NCBI GenBank assembly: GCA_016748015.1
Contig: JAAOMT010000054.1
Location: 124,001-188,000, forward strand
Direction: 5' to 3'
Origin: Geosiphon pyriformis uo1
Lineage: Eukaryota > Fungi > Glomeromycota
Length of the DNA: 64,000 nt
Part shown: piece by piece, positions 49,442 to 62,970 of the stretch
Layout: each line of letters starts with the position of its first letter
Numbering within the stretch: position 1 is the stretch's first letter
Position numbers and translations under genes: made by a program
The notes under the pieces: generated by a model
What the model saw: the letters and a program-made list of their open reading frames with translations, nothing else
Told to the model about the DNA's origin: nothing
Databases searched by the model: none

Positions 49442-50974
49442 ATGGATGATTATTCATATCTGCCACAACAATCAGAAAAACACTTTAAAGCACACAACAA
49501 AAATGATCTAGACTTTATTGAACTCAATCTTTTGCTCTTCTGCTTGATTTGCTTCCCCATTGAAAAACAATCCAGCAGACAATTCCAAGACTTTTGGAAC
49601 TGGTTTCTGAACAAGCATTTAGCTGAAATCTACACAGCTTATATAACCTATTACTTTGATCAAGCTTATTTTGAAGATGACTTTGAAGAAAAAAACAACA
49701 GTATCAATCAGCTCTTATATTCTGCTATCTTTGAACAACAGCCTCCTGATTTTGAATATCTGAATCATCAAATCCACATTTAGATTGTTGCCCATCAATT
49801 AACAGAAACTTCTCTTGAAACAGAAGAAGAAAGCTATTAAACCACTCCTGTTTTTAATCTCTTTTCAAGTGAATTAGAACACTCTACACAAACAGTTATA
49901 CCTGAATCAATGGCTCAAGACCCTTTACAACAAAACATTCTGATTGCCCTCCAAGATATACAGACTGCTTTAGGGTGAAGAAACAACACCCCATTACCAT
50001 TATTCAGAGGTGATGTCCAAAATCCAATTGAATAGCTGGATGATTTTGAGAGAGCTGCCACAACAAACCAATATGATAATAAATACAAGTTCCAAATTGT
50101 TGGTGGCTACCTACAAGGCTCTCTTGCTACTTGGTTCTTACAAGAAACCAATGCCAATGCTCAGCAAAGAATCATTAGATGGGCACCAGCAAATGCTGGA
50201 GAAGACAACACTTCTTTCACTACCCGGTTTGAAATAAAATTTAGAACTTCTATCTTAATCTCAAAATGGCATATGGAATTAGAAAAAAGAACTCAAGGCT
50301 CTGGTAAGATTGTAACAGAATATGCCATTAAACAAGTAGACTCTAAAAGAAATTAGACAAAAAAGCAGAAAATACATTTCTTTACAAAAGGACTGAGAAT
50401 TAATTTATCATATGCTCTTTGGCCCCTTCTGGTCTTGAAAAATAATCTCACAATGGATATAGCCAAACTTGCTCAGAGAATAGAAGACAATCAAAGAATG
50501 CACCTAGGATTCACACTTCTAGTTTTTGCTTCTGTTCCTGTTATGGCTCCTGCTTCCCAAATGGCTGCTACCTCTTTTACTGCTCAAACTCAAAACCCCA
50601 ATGAATAGTTGATAGATAGACTTATAGCAAATCTTGCTAGGCTATTAGAACCATTAGCTCAAACAGTCAGAAACAATCAGCAATTACAAAAACTCAGATT
50701 TGAACTCCATTTTAATTAGTCCCAGCAAACTCCTTATCAAAAACAACAAAATTATGACCCACCTGTATGCTATTACTGTAGACTAACTGGACACTTCTCA
50801 AGAGACTGCAACAATCCTCTATTGCCTCTTCCAGTTTCCAGAAACAATGACAATTAAAATAACAGACCCAACAATAATAATGTTTCCAATCAAAGACCTA
50901 ATCATGCCAACATCAATTTTTTTGGAGAGGATCCCTTAGTTGAAGCCACTGTTTATCAGCCTTTAAACTGGTAG
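49442..50974 (+). pseudogene. gag: gag of A2
   Basis: Colinear with A1 gag. CYYCRLTGHFSRDC. Ends CCT TTA AAC TGG TAG. Confidence 0.9.
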
Positions 50975-53655
50975 GCACACCTCCAAAGGATGAGAGTACA
51001 AGCCAACCAGAAGAAAACCTTTTTTATGCTTTTAACCTAACTGATGATGATCATAATATGAATGAACTAGCAATTAACACCTCTGAATCAACCAGAAAGA
51101 AGAAAAAAGCCAAGATTGATTTTGTCTTGGACCCAAACAATGCATCCAAATTATCTGCTGATAACAATGAGTTACCAAAGACTAAGATTTTTAAAAATCC
51201 TCTTAAGTTGGAACCTCCAGAAATTGTACAAAAATCTGGATCCTATTCTGTTGTTAAAGATCTCATGAAAACCCCAGCACACATTACATTTGGCCAACTG
51301 ATGACCTATCCACAGTTCAGAAAAAATCTTTGCAAATCATTGATACCAAAGAAGAAGACACCAAAGACAAACAAATGCCCTCACCAGACTGAACTCGCTA
51401 ACAACAGCAATGTTATCTCTCTTATTTGCAAAGCCCAAGTGGCTGGTTATTTTATTGATCTGATCCTGGACAGTAAATCGTCTGTTAGCATCATTGCCAA
51501 ACACTTCTTAGAAACAATTAGCAGAAAGATTGATGAACCATCCACAAGACCAATGATCAATATACATGGTAACAAGAAAAAAGACCTAGGCATAGTCAAA
51601 GCTATTCCTGTCTGAATTAATGGCATCAGCATTGAAACTGACATAAAAGTATCTGAAGCAAAAGAATACACCATAATAGTTGGCAATGAATGGCTTAAGA
51701 AAACAAAAGTTTTGCTTAATTATGAACTTTGTGAACTGACCATCAGATGTGGTAAGATACCCATTGTGGTTAAATGTTGTCATTAGACAACCCCTTTAGT
51801 ATCCAAACAAAGCCAAGAAAAAAAACAATCAGATAAATCAGATAATGATGAAAGTGATGAAGATAAAGATCAAGAAAAACCAGAAGAAACTGCTGAACTC
51901 ACTTATACCATCTTTATCAGCAATGGTAAGCCACTAGACAATGTTAAAGCTGACAAAAAAAGAATCATGGTAAATGGCAAGCTGATCTGCTGGTCCTACT
52001 ATGATATCCTCAGAAGAATCTTTGACAGAAAACCTAGCAAAAAAGCCAAATACAGTTATTGGTGGCATGGCCTTTGTGCATGGTGCTGGTGCAATAAACC
52101 TTTGTATTTACCAAGTGATGAATGCAAATCTTGTCTGATCTATTACAAAGATTGGGAACCAATTAGTTTGATACCTTGAAAAGAACTTAAAGAAGTACAA
52201 AATTTCTTTGAGAATAAACCAACTGAAATCCAATCACTAGTTATAGAACAAAAAGAATCTTCCCCTGAAGAAAAAAAAATGGACATTAAAAATCTGTTGG
52301 CTAGAAATAGCCCAGTTATCTCAAAAGAAGATAACGCCCCTGAACAACTCCATGTGATACAACACATCATTACCACCAAAAAAACTTGTTCCATCTATTT
52401 GAAGTTTTATCAATCCAATCAACACAATGATGAGTTTATCAAAAAAGAAATAAACCAGATGAAAGATTTTGGATTCATACAAGAAACCAAGAGTGAATAA
52501 GCTTTCCCAGTTGTAGTGGTATCCAAGAAAGGTGGAACCTTATGCTTCTGTGTTGACTACTGATAATTAAATGCCATCACTATAAAAGACATGTACCCAC
52601 TCCCCAAAATTGATGCAATGCTAGATAAATTCAATGGTGCTGCTTTCTTCTTAACCATTGACTTAACTGCTGAATTCTGGCAAGTAGAGATAGATCCAAA
52701 AAGCAGAAAAAAAACTGCCTTTATCAACAAGTATGGCATCTATGAATTCACAGTCATGCTTTTTAGTCTTACCAATGCTCCTTCCATCTTTCAATGCCTA
52801 ATGGATAAAGTGTTTGAATCAGTAAAAAAAAACTTTGTTCTGGTTTACTTGAACAACATAATGGTATATTCAAAAACCTGAGATAAACATCTTGAACATT
52901 TACAAAAGATTTTTGACCTGCTCAAAAATACTGGCCTTAAGATCAACCCAATCAAATCTTTCTTTGGATGCCAATCCACTCAGTTTCTTGGTTATCTTAT
53001 TACAAAAGATGGAATCTTCTCTAATTTAGCTAAAGTTGAAAAAGTCCAGAATATTAGACAGCCAATGAATGTTCTTGAACTATGCTCTTTCCTTGGTTTG
53101 GTCTCTTACTATTGCAAATTTATTAAGGATTTCTCCAAAATTGCCTTTCCTCTCAACCAGCTACTCAGGAAAAATATCAATTATTACTGGAATACTCATC
53201 AACAAAAAGCTTTTGAATTTCTAAAGAAAAAACTTGTTACTGAACCAATTCTTAAACAACCTAATCTGAATCAACTTTTTATCCTTCACACTGATACATC
53301 TGGCTATGAATTTGGTGCTGTTCTTTCACAAAAAGATAAAAATGGCAGAAAACATGCAATAGTATATGCCAGTAGATCCTTTATACCAGCAGAAAAAAAC
53401 TATTCAGTTACTGAACAAGAATGTCTAGCAGTAGTTTGGGCTACTAGCTACTGGGATCAATATCTTCTTGGTGCAAAATTCTTAGTGGTAACATATCATT
53501 AAGCTTTGATTTGGCTGTGCAAGAAAAAGAAGCTGAAACACAAACAAATAACTTACTGAATACTCTACTTGAATGAATTTGACTATGATATTTAACACCA
53601 CAAAGAAGCAAATCATCAAAACGCTGATGCTCTATCTAGACTTACCATCCAGTAA
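50962..53655 (+). pseudogene. pol: pol of A2 (PR, RT, RNase H), -1 frame relative to gag
   Basis: ORFs 51058, 51967, 52279, 52591 and 53065. Ends ALSRLTIQ-TAA. Confidence 0.92.
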
Positions 53656-53921
53656 CAGTACAATCTCTCAAACCAAACCAACTTAATTATTAGTAACTCC
53701 TTCATAAACAAACAATAATAGACTTGAACAATTACTCTGTCTTAATAGAATTTTTGGATAAAAGACAATACCCACCAGAATACACTCGACAGCAAAGAGA
53801 ACATTTGCACAAACAATCAAATTTCTATTTAATCTACCAGAACCAATTATATAAAAGAAACAAAAAAGATCCTGACTGCCTCCAGAGAGTTATCAGATTT
53901 GAAGAAAGAAAAATTGTAATA

Positions 53922-55276
53922 CAAAGAGGTATAAAAAGTATTGAACACTTTTATAATATGTTATATAAAAGAACTAACTTATGAATCATTAATTTTTTAT
54001 TATTATATTAAAATACATGTTAGTATTTTGTTTGACCCCTATTTGCTTCAAAAATAGCTTGAACTCAACGTGGCATAGACTTAATCAAATTACGATAGTA
54101 ATTTACAGGTATTGCATCTTATTCTTTCTTAACCCACTGTTCCAATTATACAATATTTGAGGGTTGTAAATTACATTGACAAATTTTAACTTCAATATAT
54201 GACCAAAGATTTTCTATTAGAGTAATATTAGGACTTTGTGCTGGCCAAGAAAGTAATTCAACATTTGAAGAGATAAAAAAAGAACGTGCAACTTTTGATG
54301 TGTGGATTGGTGTATTGTCTTCCTGAAAAAAAAACTTTTTTTTAGTTTTTTTTGCATAAAGTTTTACCATAGAAATTGCATAATTAGCCAAGATTTTGCA
54401 GTGTATAACTTCAGTAATATAACCAACCAAAGGAACTAAAGGACTCAAACTAACCCATGAAAAAAATCCCCAAAACATATGACCAAAGCTTTTTCTAACT
54501 GTGGCTGTAATACAATCCTTATGAAACTCTTCGGAAGGTTTACACCATACATGTTCAAATCTTGTAGTCTTAAATTGTGTATATATAGATTCATCTGACC
54601 AAACAACTTATTTAAAATCTTTTACTGTCCAATTTTCATAAGTACAAGCCCATTGTAAACGTTTTTTTTTATTTGATTTAAAAATTAATGGCTTGAGACG
54701 AAGAATGCACAAGCAAAGTTCTTCTTGAGCTAATTTATTTTGAATAGTTTGTATAGAAATAGATTTGTTAGTATCTTTAATAAAATTCAATCGTATTTGA
54801 GAAAGAGTTTGGCAGCAGGTTTTTTTATTCTCTATTATTGAATATTTGAGTTGTTTATGTGCGTGTTTGTCAAGAATTTGTGGTCGGCCCGTTCGTTTTT
54901 TAGGAAGTTTTTTTAGCTCATATGACTTTTATACACATATTACAGAAGAACATGAACATTCAATAGTCATGGAAATTTCACTGCTTGTATGTCCTAACTT
55001 TATTGCTAAAATAATTTCTTCTTTTTGGTATTTAGAAAGTTCTTTTCCAAGACACATTTGATGCAGTAAATTTTTTCATGACAAGAATGTTTGATATTTT
55101 ATATATACACATATGATCCACTGTTGTGTTTTACAAAGACACAATTTATGTTGATTTGTAGATTATAACTATAAGTAATTATAAAAAAAATTATGGCTTA
55201 AATTGGTAATAGTATTACTATATATAGCCTTTTTTATATATTATATTAAGTGTTTAATACTTTTTATACTTCTTTG
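53922..55276 (-). mobile_element. Tc1/mariner DNA transposon (1355 bp, TA TSD, ~28-bp core TIRs)
   Basis: TA|CAAAGAGGTATAAAAAGTATTGAACAC ... GTGTTTAATACTTTTTATACTTCTTTG|TA. The empty site is seen in A3. Confidence 0.95.
54020..55057 (-). pseudogene. Tc1-type DDE transposase (~345 codons, several stops)
   Basis: RTGRP, KKKRLQWA, VVWSDES, MFWGFFS, FQEDNTPIH, WPAQSPNITLIENLW. Confidence 0.93.
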
Positions 55277-56429
55277 TATATAACATGCACACTAACCCAT
55301 TAGCTGGACACTTTGGAAAAACAAAAACAATTCAGAAAATTTTAGCTCATTATTATTGGCCTACCTTGGAAAAGAATATTGCTGAATACATCAAAACCTG
55401 TGACATCTGCCAAAAAAAAAACAAACCCAATCATAAAAAAGATATCCATCCAATTTCTGTTGGTCAACCCTTTAACAAAATTGGTATAGATGTTGTTGGA
55501 CTTTTAACAATCACTTCTGATGACAACAGATATATTATCACAGCTACTGACTATCTTACAAAATGGGTAGAAGTAAAAGCTACCCCAAACCAAACAGCAG
55601 TCTTAATAACCAATTTTATTTATGAAGATATCATCTGCCATCATGGCTGCCCCAAAAAACTTTTATCTGATAGCAAAAGAGCTTTTCTCAGTACACTGGT
55701 TGAAGAACTTTGTAGAAAAATGGGAATATGTCATAAACTTTCCTCCCCTTATTACTCCTAAACAAATGGCCTAGTAAAACATTTCAATAGAACATTATGT
55801 GAAACCTTAGCCAAAACCAGTAAAGAAAAAAACTTATGAAACAAAGTACTGCCTTCAGCTTTGTTTGCTTATAGAACTGTGAATTATGACATAACAAGTT
55901 ATGAACTTTTTTATCTGCTCTATAGATGTATGGCAACACTACCAATAGAAATTAATATTGAAACAATACCCTTTGAAGAGATTACAATAGGAAATTACAA
56001 AAACATTTTGCAAAAAAGACTTGGTACTATTCTTGACTCTTTGGTAGAAACATAAATAATTGTTTTTGAAAAGATAAAACAGTTCCAAAAAAAGCTTAAA
56101 AAAAAGAAAACCGATAAAACACTTTCTTTAAATATAAGTGACTTGGTACTAGAATATCATTCAGATAGAGACAATATTTATGGTGATAAATTCTCTAGCC
56201 AATAGAAAAGACTCTTTATAGTCAACAAAGTTTTGAACAATGGTTCTTATATTCTTCAAGATCAATCTGGAACAATCTTCAATAATCATCCTGTTTATGG
56301 TACATAACTCAAGAAATATCATAAACGACCTGATTGGCTGCCTGTTGTGGTAATACTGACTTAAATGATCAGCAAAAATCAAGTATAAATAAATGCATCA
56401 TTCTCAAAATAGAGGTATCTTTAATTAAC

Positions 56430-57086
56430 ATGAACAATTATTTTCTGGATCAAAACATTTAAAATGCTTTCTATACTCTCCATGAGTATTGAATCAAAAA
56501 CTATTCAAATACTACTCTGACCATTGGAAAACAAACCACTATAACTGATAACAGTGGAATACATACTGTTATTAAACCAAAGAAAACTACTACTAGAAGA
56601 GAAAAAATTGGTAGTAAAATGGATAAATATCTGTTAGAAAGTATAATAGTAACTATACTTCCATCTTCTAGCACAATTGGAAAAACACTTCAAGAAATCT
56701 TACCTATAGACAAAAACTTGTCATATGGAAGGCAATTAAAACTCTATGGTTGTCTTGGTGAAATCATAGAGAATATGAAACTCATGAAAAAAACAACTTT
56801 AGAGATACAGACAGAAATTTTGGGTATTATATAATTAGATGTTCCAAGAGTTTTAACTATTGCTAAAAGAGCCAAAACTTTAATACAAAGATTTGGTCTC
56901 TTGGATACAAAACTCATTTCATTTCAAGTGTTATATATCTTATTCACAAAAGACTTCAACAAACTAGTTAGCTTTGAGTTAGATAAAACCCTTCCAATAG
57001 ATTACACCATAAATAGCTTGATTTTGCCAGAGCTCAATCTCTTTGGAGAGGATGATGTTACAATTGAAACTTATACTTTTTATTAA
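56430..57086 (+). pseudogene. ORF3 of A2
   Basis: ORFs 56619-56834 and 56901-57086; homologous to A1 ORF3. Confidence 0.72.
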
Positions 57087-57769
57087 TTATCACATGTATT
57101 AGCCACTGATGTCATATAAATTAGCCACTCTATTTTTAGAAAGTGATCATTGATCTAATCAATGATCTGATCATTGACCTGATCATTGACCTAATTATTG
57201 ACCTGATTATTGACCTGACCAACGACCTGATTATTGACCACTTTTGACAGCTATATAAATAATAAATTTCTTAGCTGTAGAAAAGCATGTAAGAATAAAA
57301 AAAAATAAAAGAAATAAAATAACAACTTCATCTTAATCCTTTTCTTATTACTAATTTCTTTTTCCTACTTTCAAGTATCTGAACATCTTAAAAATAAAAG
57401 ATTACTTGTTGGTTATTTTCTACCCTTTTTCTGAACGTGTAATTGCAACATTTGGAGATTATTGAATAAAATGTGACTGAAAAGCACATCTGATACTTGA
57501 TATTGAATTCTAAGAGCACCAATGTAAGGCATAGAATTATACCAAGTATGATTATTTGTTGACAGTATGGACTATTCCTCTACCTTTAGATTCTCCAGTT
57601 ATCTTTGAAAAGTATAGTGACTAAAATATTTTATAAGACTGATCTCACACATTGAATCCATACTTATTCAATTCGCTCTTTAAAGTTGAATTCCCTTTTG
57701 ATTATTTCTATTATCCTACAATTCTGTTTTCCTTTGCTATCTGTTAGCTTGTTACTCCAACCCATAACA
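57056..57769 (+). repeat. 3' LTR of A2
   Basis: Direct repeat of 48688-49389. Confidence 0.95.
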
Positions 57770-58278
57770 CTGAAATGACTACAAAAATCAGATTAGCCAA
57801 CTTGCAAACACAAAGATGGTCAGTTTATAGTATATTTGAATATCCCACTAAGGAATGATCTAAGTTAGAGTTTAATTTTATAGCAAATATTATGCAAATA
57901 ATAGAAGAAAAGAGCATCTTATTCAAAAGCTCTAGTAACTTACATGGGATATCTGAATCTTCAAGACTATATGTACACTTAATTGAGACTATTATAGCTT
58001 TAGGTGCAATCTACACTAAAGTTAGAAGCTTACTAAGAAAAGAGAACATTTTGTATTTGCATCAGATACAAAACATGGAGAAAAGTGAGATTGTTTTTTA
58101 GGCTTTTTTGCCTGTTATCACAAAATTTATTATGTCTCAAATTTAGAAAAAAGTTTTTTGCCAAAAGATACTTTTAATTATAATACATTTTTATTATTAT
58201 TATAGTTTTTAAAGTGTCTGACAACAATACTAATAGTAAAGTGACAACAATCACAAACAAAAGTACAAACAAAGATAC

Positions 58279-58992
58279 TATTATGGGTTGGAGTAACAAG
58301 CTAATAGATAGCAAGAAAGAACAGAATTGTAGAGTAATGGATATAATCAAAAAAGAATTCAACTTCAAAGAGCAAATTAAATAAGTATGGATTCAATGTG
58401 TAAGATCAGTCTTATAAAATATCTTAGTTGCTATATTTTTTAAAGATAACTAAGGAATCTGAAGATAGAGAGATAATCCATACTGTCAACAAATGATTAC
58501 ACTTGGTATAATTTTATGTCTCATGTCAGTGCTCTTAGAATTCAATATCAAGTATTAGATGTGCTCTTTAGTCATGTTTTATTCAATAATCTTCAAATGT
58601 TGCAATTACACATTCAGAAAAAGAATAGGAAATAACCAACAAGTAATCTTTTATCTTTAAGATGTTCAGATACTTGAAAGTAAGAAAGGAAAATTAGCGA
58701 TAAGAAAAGGATTGAGATGAAGTTGTTATTTTATTTCTTTTATTTTTTTTTATTCTTACATGTTTTTTTACAGCTAAGAGATTCATCACTTATATAGCTG
58801 TCAAAAGTGGTCAATAATCAGATCAATGGTCAGGTTAATGATCAGGTCAATGATCAGGTTAATGATCAGGTCAATGGTCAGGTCATTGATCAAATCAATG
58901 ATTACTTTCTAAAAATAGAGTGGCTAATTTATATAACATCAGTGACTAATATATGTGATAATTAATAAAAAGTATAAGTTTCAACCATAACA
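58279..58992 (-). repeat. 3' LTR of A3
   Basis: Reverse complement of the A2 LTRs; adjacent to the PPT complement TTATCCTCTCC. Confidence 0.93.
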
Positions 58993-61900
58993 TTATCCTC
59001 TCCAAAAAGATTAAGCTCCAGCGAAATCAAGCTATTTATGGTGTAATTTATTGGAAGAGTTTTATCTAACTCAAAGCTAACTAGTTTGTTAAAGTTTTTT
59101 GTAAATAAGTTTTGTATCTAAGAGACCAAATCTTTGTATTAAAGTTTTGGCTCTTCTAGCAATAGTTAAAACTCTTAGAACATCTAACCATATAATGTCC
59201 AAAATTTCTGTCTGTATCTCTGAAGTTGTTTTTTTTATGAGTTTCATATTCTCTATAATTTCACCAAGACAACCATAGAGTTCTAATTGCTTTCCATATG
59301 ACAAGTTTTTGTTTATGAATAAGATTTCTTGAAGTGTTTTTCCAATTGTGCTGGAAGATGGAAGTATAGTTACTATTATACTTTCTAACAGATATTTATC
59401 TATTTTACTACCAATTCTTTCTCTTCTAGTAGTAGTTTTCTTTGGTTTAATAACAGTATGTGTTCTACTGTTATCAGTTATAGTGGTTTGTTTTTCAATG
59501 GTCAGAGTAGTATTTGAATAGTTTTTGATCCAATACTCATGGAAAGTATAGAAGACATTTTAAATGTTTTGATCCAGAAAATAATTGTTCATGTTAATTG
59601 AAGATACCTCTGTTTTGAGAATAATGCATTTATTTATACTTGATTTTTGCTGATTATTTGAGTCAGTATTACCACAACAGGCAGCCAATCAGGTCATTTA
59701 TGATATTTCTTGAGTCATGTACCATGAACAGGATGATCATTAAAGATTGTTCCAGATTGATCTTGAAGAATATAAGAACCATTGTTCAAAACTTTGTTGA
59801 CTATAAAAAGTCTTTTCCATTGGCTAAAAAATTTATCACCATAAACATTATCTCTATCTGAATGGTATTCTAGTACCAAGTCACTAACACTTAAAGAAAG
59901 TGTTTTATCGGTTTTCTTTTTTTTAAGCTTTTTTTGGAACTGTTTTATCTTTTCAAAAGCAATTATTTATGTTTCTACCAAGGGGTCAAGAATAGTACCA
60001 AGTCTTTTTTGCAAAATGTTTTTGTAATTTCCTATCGTTATTTCTTCAAAGGGTATTGTTTCAATATTAGTTTCTATTGATAGTATTGCCATGCATCCAT
60101 AGAGCAGATAAAAAAGTTCATAACTTGTTATGTCATGATTCACAGTTCTATAAACAAACAAAACTGAAGGCAGTACTTTGTTCCATAAGTTTTTTTCTTT
60201 CCTGGTTTTGGCTAAGGTTTTACATAATGTTTTATTGAAAGATTCTACTAAGTCATTTGTTTAGGAGTGATAAGAGGAGGAAAGTTTATGACATATTCCC
60301 ATTTTTTTACAAAGTTTTTCAACCAGTGTACTGAGAAAAGCTTTTTCGCTATCAGATAAAAGTTCTTTGGAGCAGCTATAATGGCAGATAATATCTTCAT
60401 AAATGAAATTGGCTATTGAGACTGCTGTTTGATCTGGGGTGGCTTTTGTTTCTACCCATTTTGTAAGATAGTTGGTAGCTGTAATAATATATCTGTTGCC
60501 ATCAGGAGTGATTGTTAAAGATCCAATAACATCTATACCAATTCTGTTAAAGGGTTGATCAACAGAGATTGGATGGATATCTTCTTTATGATTGGGTTTG
60601 TCTCTTCTTTGGCAGATGTCACAGATTTTGATGTATTTAGTAATGTTCTTTCCCAAGGTAGGCCAATAATAATGAGCTAAAGTTTTTTGAATTGTTTTTG
60701 TTTTTCCAAAGTGTCTAGTTAATGGGTCAGTGTGCATGTTATATATTACAATTTCTTTTCTTCAAATCTGATAACTCTTTGGAGGCAGTCAGGATCTTTT
60801 CTATTTCTTTTATATAATTGATTCTGGTGGATCAAATAAAAATTTGATTGTTTGTGCAAATGTTTTCTTTGCTGTTGAGTGTATTCTGGTGGGTATTGTC
60901 CTTTACCCAAAAATTCTATTAAGGCAGAGTAGTTGTCCAAGTCCATTATTGTGTTTGTTTTTGAAGGAGTTACTAATAATTAAGTTGGTTTGGTTTGATA
61001 GGTTGTATTGTTACTGGATGGTAAGTCTAGATAAAGTGTCAGCATTTTAATGATTTGCTCCTTTACAGTGTTGAATATTATAGTCAAATTCATCCAAGTG
61101 GAGTATTCAGCAAGTTATTTGTTTGTGTTCCAGCTTCTTTTTCTTGCACAGCCAAACCAAGGCTTGATGATATGTTACCACTAAGAATTTTGCACCAAGA
61201 AGATATTGATCCCAGTAGTTAGTAACCCAAACTACTGCTAGACATTCTTGTTCAGTAACTGAATAGTTCTTTTCTGCTGGTATAAGGGATCTACTGGCAT
61301 ATACTATTGCATGTTCTCTGCCATTTTTATCTTTCTGTGAAACGACAGCACCAAGTCCATAGCCAGATGTATCAGTGTGGAGGATAAAAGGTTGATTCAG
61401 ATTAGGTTGTTTAAGAATTGGTTCAGTAACAAGTTTTTTCTTTAGAAATTCAAAAGCTTTTTGTTGATGAGTGTCCCAGTGATAATTGACATTTTTCCTG
61501 AGTAGCTGGTTGAAAGAAAAAGCAATTTTGGAGAAATCCTTGATAAATTTGTGATAGTAAGAGGCCAAACCAAGAAAAGAGCATAGTTCAGGAACATTCA
61601 TTGACTGTCTAATGTTCTGGACTTTTTCAACTTTAGCTAGATTAGGGAAGATTCTATCTTTTGTAATAAGATAACCAAGAAACTAAGTGGATTGGCATCC
61701 AAAAAAAGATTTGATTGGGTTGATCTTAAGACCAGCATTTTTGAGCAGGTCAAAAATCTTTTGTAAATATTCAAGGTGTTTATCCCAGGTTTTTGAATAT
61801 ACCATTATGTCATCCAAGTAAACCAGAACAAAGTTTTCTTTTACTGATTCAAACACTTTATCCATTAAGTATTGAAAGGTGGGAGGAGCATTGGTAAGAC

Positions 61901-62970
61901 CAAAAGGCATGACTGTGAATTCATAGGTGCCATACTTAGTGATAAAGGCAGTTTTTTTTCTGCTTTCTGAATCCATTTCTATTTGCCAGAATCTAGCAGT
62001 TAAGTCAATGATTGAAAAAAAAGCAGCACCATTGAATTTATCTAGCATTGCATCAATTTTGGGAAGTGGATACATGTCTCTTATAGTGATGGCATTTAAT
62101 TGTCAGTAGTCAACACAAAAGCATAGGGTTCCACCTTTCTTGGATATCATTACAACTGGAAAAGCCTATTTACTCTTGGTTTCTTGTATGAATCCAAGAT
62201 CTTTCATCTGGTTTATCTTTTTCTTAATAAACTCATCATTGTGTTGATTGGATTGATAAGACTTCAAATGAATGGGGCGAGTTTCTTTGATGGTGATGAT
62301 GTGTTGTATTACATGGGTTTGTTCAGGGTCATTATCTTCTTTTGAGATAACTGGGCTATTTCTAGCCAACAGATTTTCAATGTCCACTTTTCTTTCTTCG
62401 GGGAAAGTTTTTTTTGTTCTATAACTAGTAATTGGATTTCAGGTGGTTCATTCTCAAAGGATTTTTGTACTTCTTTAAGTTCTTCTCGAGGTATCAAACT
62501 AATTGGTTCCCAATCTTTGTAATAGATCAGGCAGAATTTGCATTTATCACTTGGTGAATACAAAGGTTTATTGCACTAGCACCATGCATAAGGGCCATGC
62601 CACCAATAATTGTATTTGGCTTTCTTGCTAGATTTTCTGTTAAAGATTCTTCTGAGGATATCATAGTAGGACCAGCAGATCAGCTTGCCATTTACCATGA
62701 TTCCTTTTTTGTCAGCTTTAACATTGTCTAGTGGCTTGCTATTGCTGGTGAAGATGATATAAGTGAGTTCAGCAGTTTCTTCTGGTTCTTCTTGATCTTC
62801 ATCTTTATCACTTTCATCATTATCTGATTTGTCTGATTGCTCTTCTTCTTGGCTTTGTTTGAGTACTGGAGGAGTTGTCCAATGACAACATTTAACCACA
62901 ATAGATTTCTTATTACATTTGATGGTCAGTTCACAAAGTTCATAATCAAGCAAGACTTTTGCTTTCTTAA
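58279..62970 (-). mobile_element. Family A copy A3 (3' LTR 58279-58992, ORF3, IN 59634-60946, RT/RH and end of PR 61011-62970); remainder beyond L-B3 and off-window
   Basis: Reverse complement of A2. VYLDDIMVYS, MPFGLTNAPPTFQ, MDLDNYSALIEFL integrase start. Confidence 0.93.

Larger units (their letters stand above)
53718..56388 (+). pseudogene. Integrase ORF of A2, interrupted by the Tc1 element
   Basis: ORFs 53724-53984, 55285-55761 and 55861-56055. Start codon has decayed to ATA. Confidence 0.88.
48688..57769 (+). mobile_element. Family A copy A2 (full length, decayed; Tc1 inserted in IN)
   Basis: LTRs 48688-49389 and 57056-57769, TSD CTGG/CTGA, PBS 49396-49414. Confidence 0.95.
33835..58278 (+). 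mobile_element. LINE L-A copy 2 in three pieces (~33835-34984, 45059-48687, 57770-58278), split by B2 and A2 and cut by A3
   Basis: ORF1 reading YW|VPTDAKECHFC is restored across B2. ORF2 is restored across A2 (TSD CTGG/CTGA). The 5' boundary is approximate. Confidence 0.9.
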
